Assembly (NCBI GenBank): GCA_938003915.1
Contig: CALKWV010000061.1
Coordinates: 5,683 to 69,682, forward strand
Length of the DNA: 64,000 nt
Direction: 5' to 3'
Source of the DNA: an uncultured Bacillota bacterium
GTDB lineage: Bacteria; Bacillota; Clostridia; Caldicoprobacterales; UBA3941
Position numbers and translations under genes: made by a program. The notes beneath the pieces are model-generated. The model was not told the DNA's origin. It saw only the letters and a list, made by a program, of their open reading frames with translations, and did no database searches. Below are positions 62,007-64,000 of the stretch, piece after piece. How positions within the stretch are numbered: the stretch's first letter is position 1; the number at the start of each line of letters is the position of its first letter.

Positions 62007-64000
<1,994 letters not shown>

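Overview
This window is the origin-proximal part of a low-GC Firmicutes (Clostridia-like) chromosome. All calls come from reading the sequence and the supplied translations by eye; no searches were run. The right third is the canonical oriC neighbourhood. On the minus strand it carries rpmH-rnpA-yidD-yidC-jag-mnmE-mnmG-rsmG-noc-parA-parB. On the plus strand it carries dnaA-dnaN-yaaA-recF-remB-gyrB. DnaA boxes lie on both sides of dnaA, and two perfect parS palindromes sit just downstream of parB. The middle and left parts are mostly core metabolism. There is a T-box-controlled ilvB-ilvN-ilvC-leuA-cimA-leuC-leuD-leuB operon followed by ilvD, a second stand-alone ilvB with its own T-box, an oppABCDF operon, and glnA, nagA, nagB and pepV. 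The less ordinary content is: (i) at the extreme left edge, an HD-helicase Cas3 gene that runs off the window and is therefore missing from the ORF track, preceded by a WYL-domain regulator; (ii) a tightly coupled five-gene operon of MoxR ATPase, DUF58, DUF4129 membrane protein, OmpR-type regulator and histidine kinase; (iii) a head-on island of poorly characterised envelope proteins next to parB. Three real genes are absent from the ORF track: cas3 and gyrB (both run off an edge) and rpmH (44 aa). No rRNA, tRNA, transposase or CRISPR array was seen inside the window.
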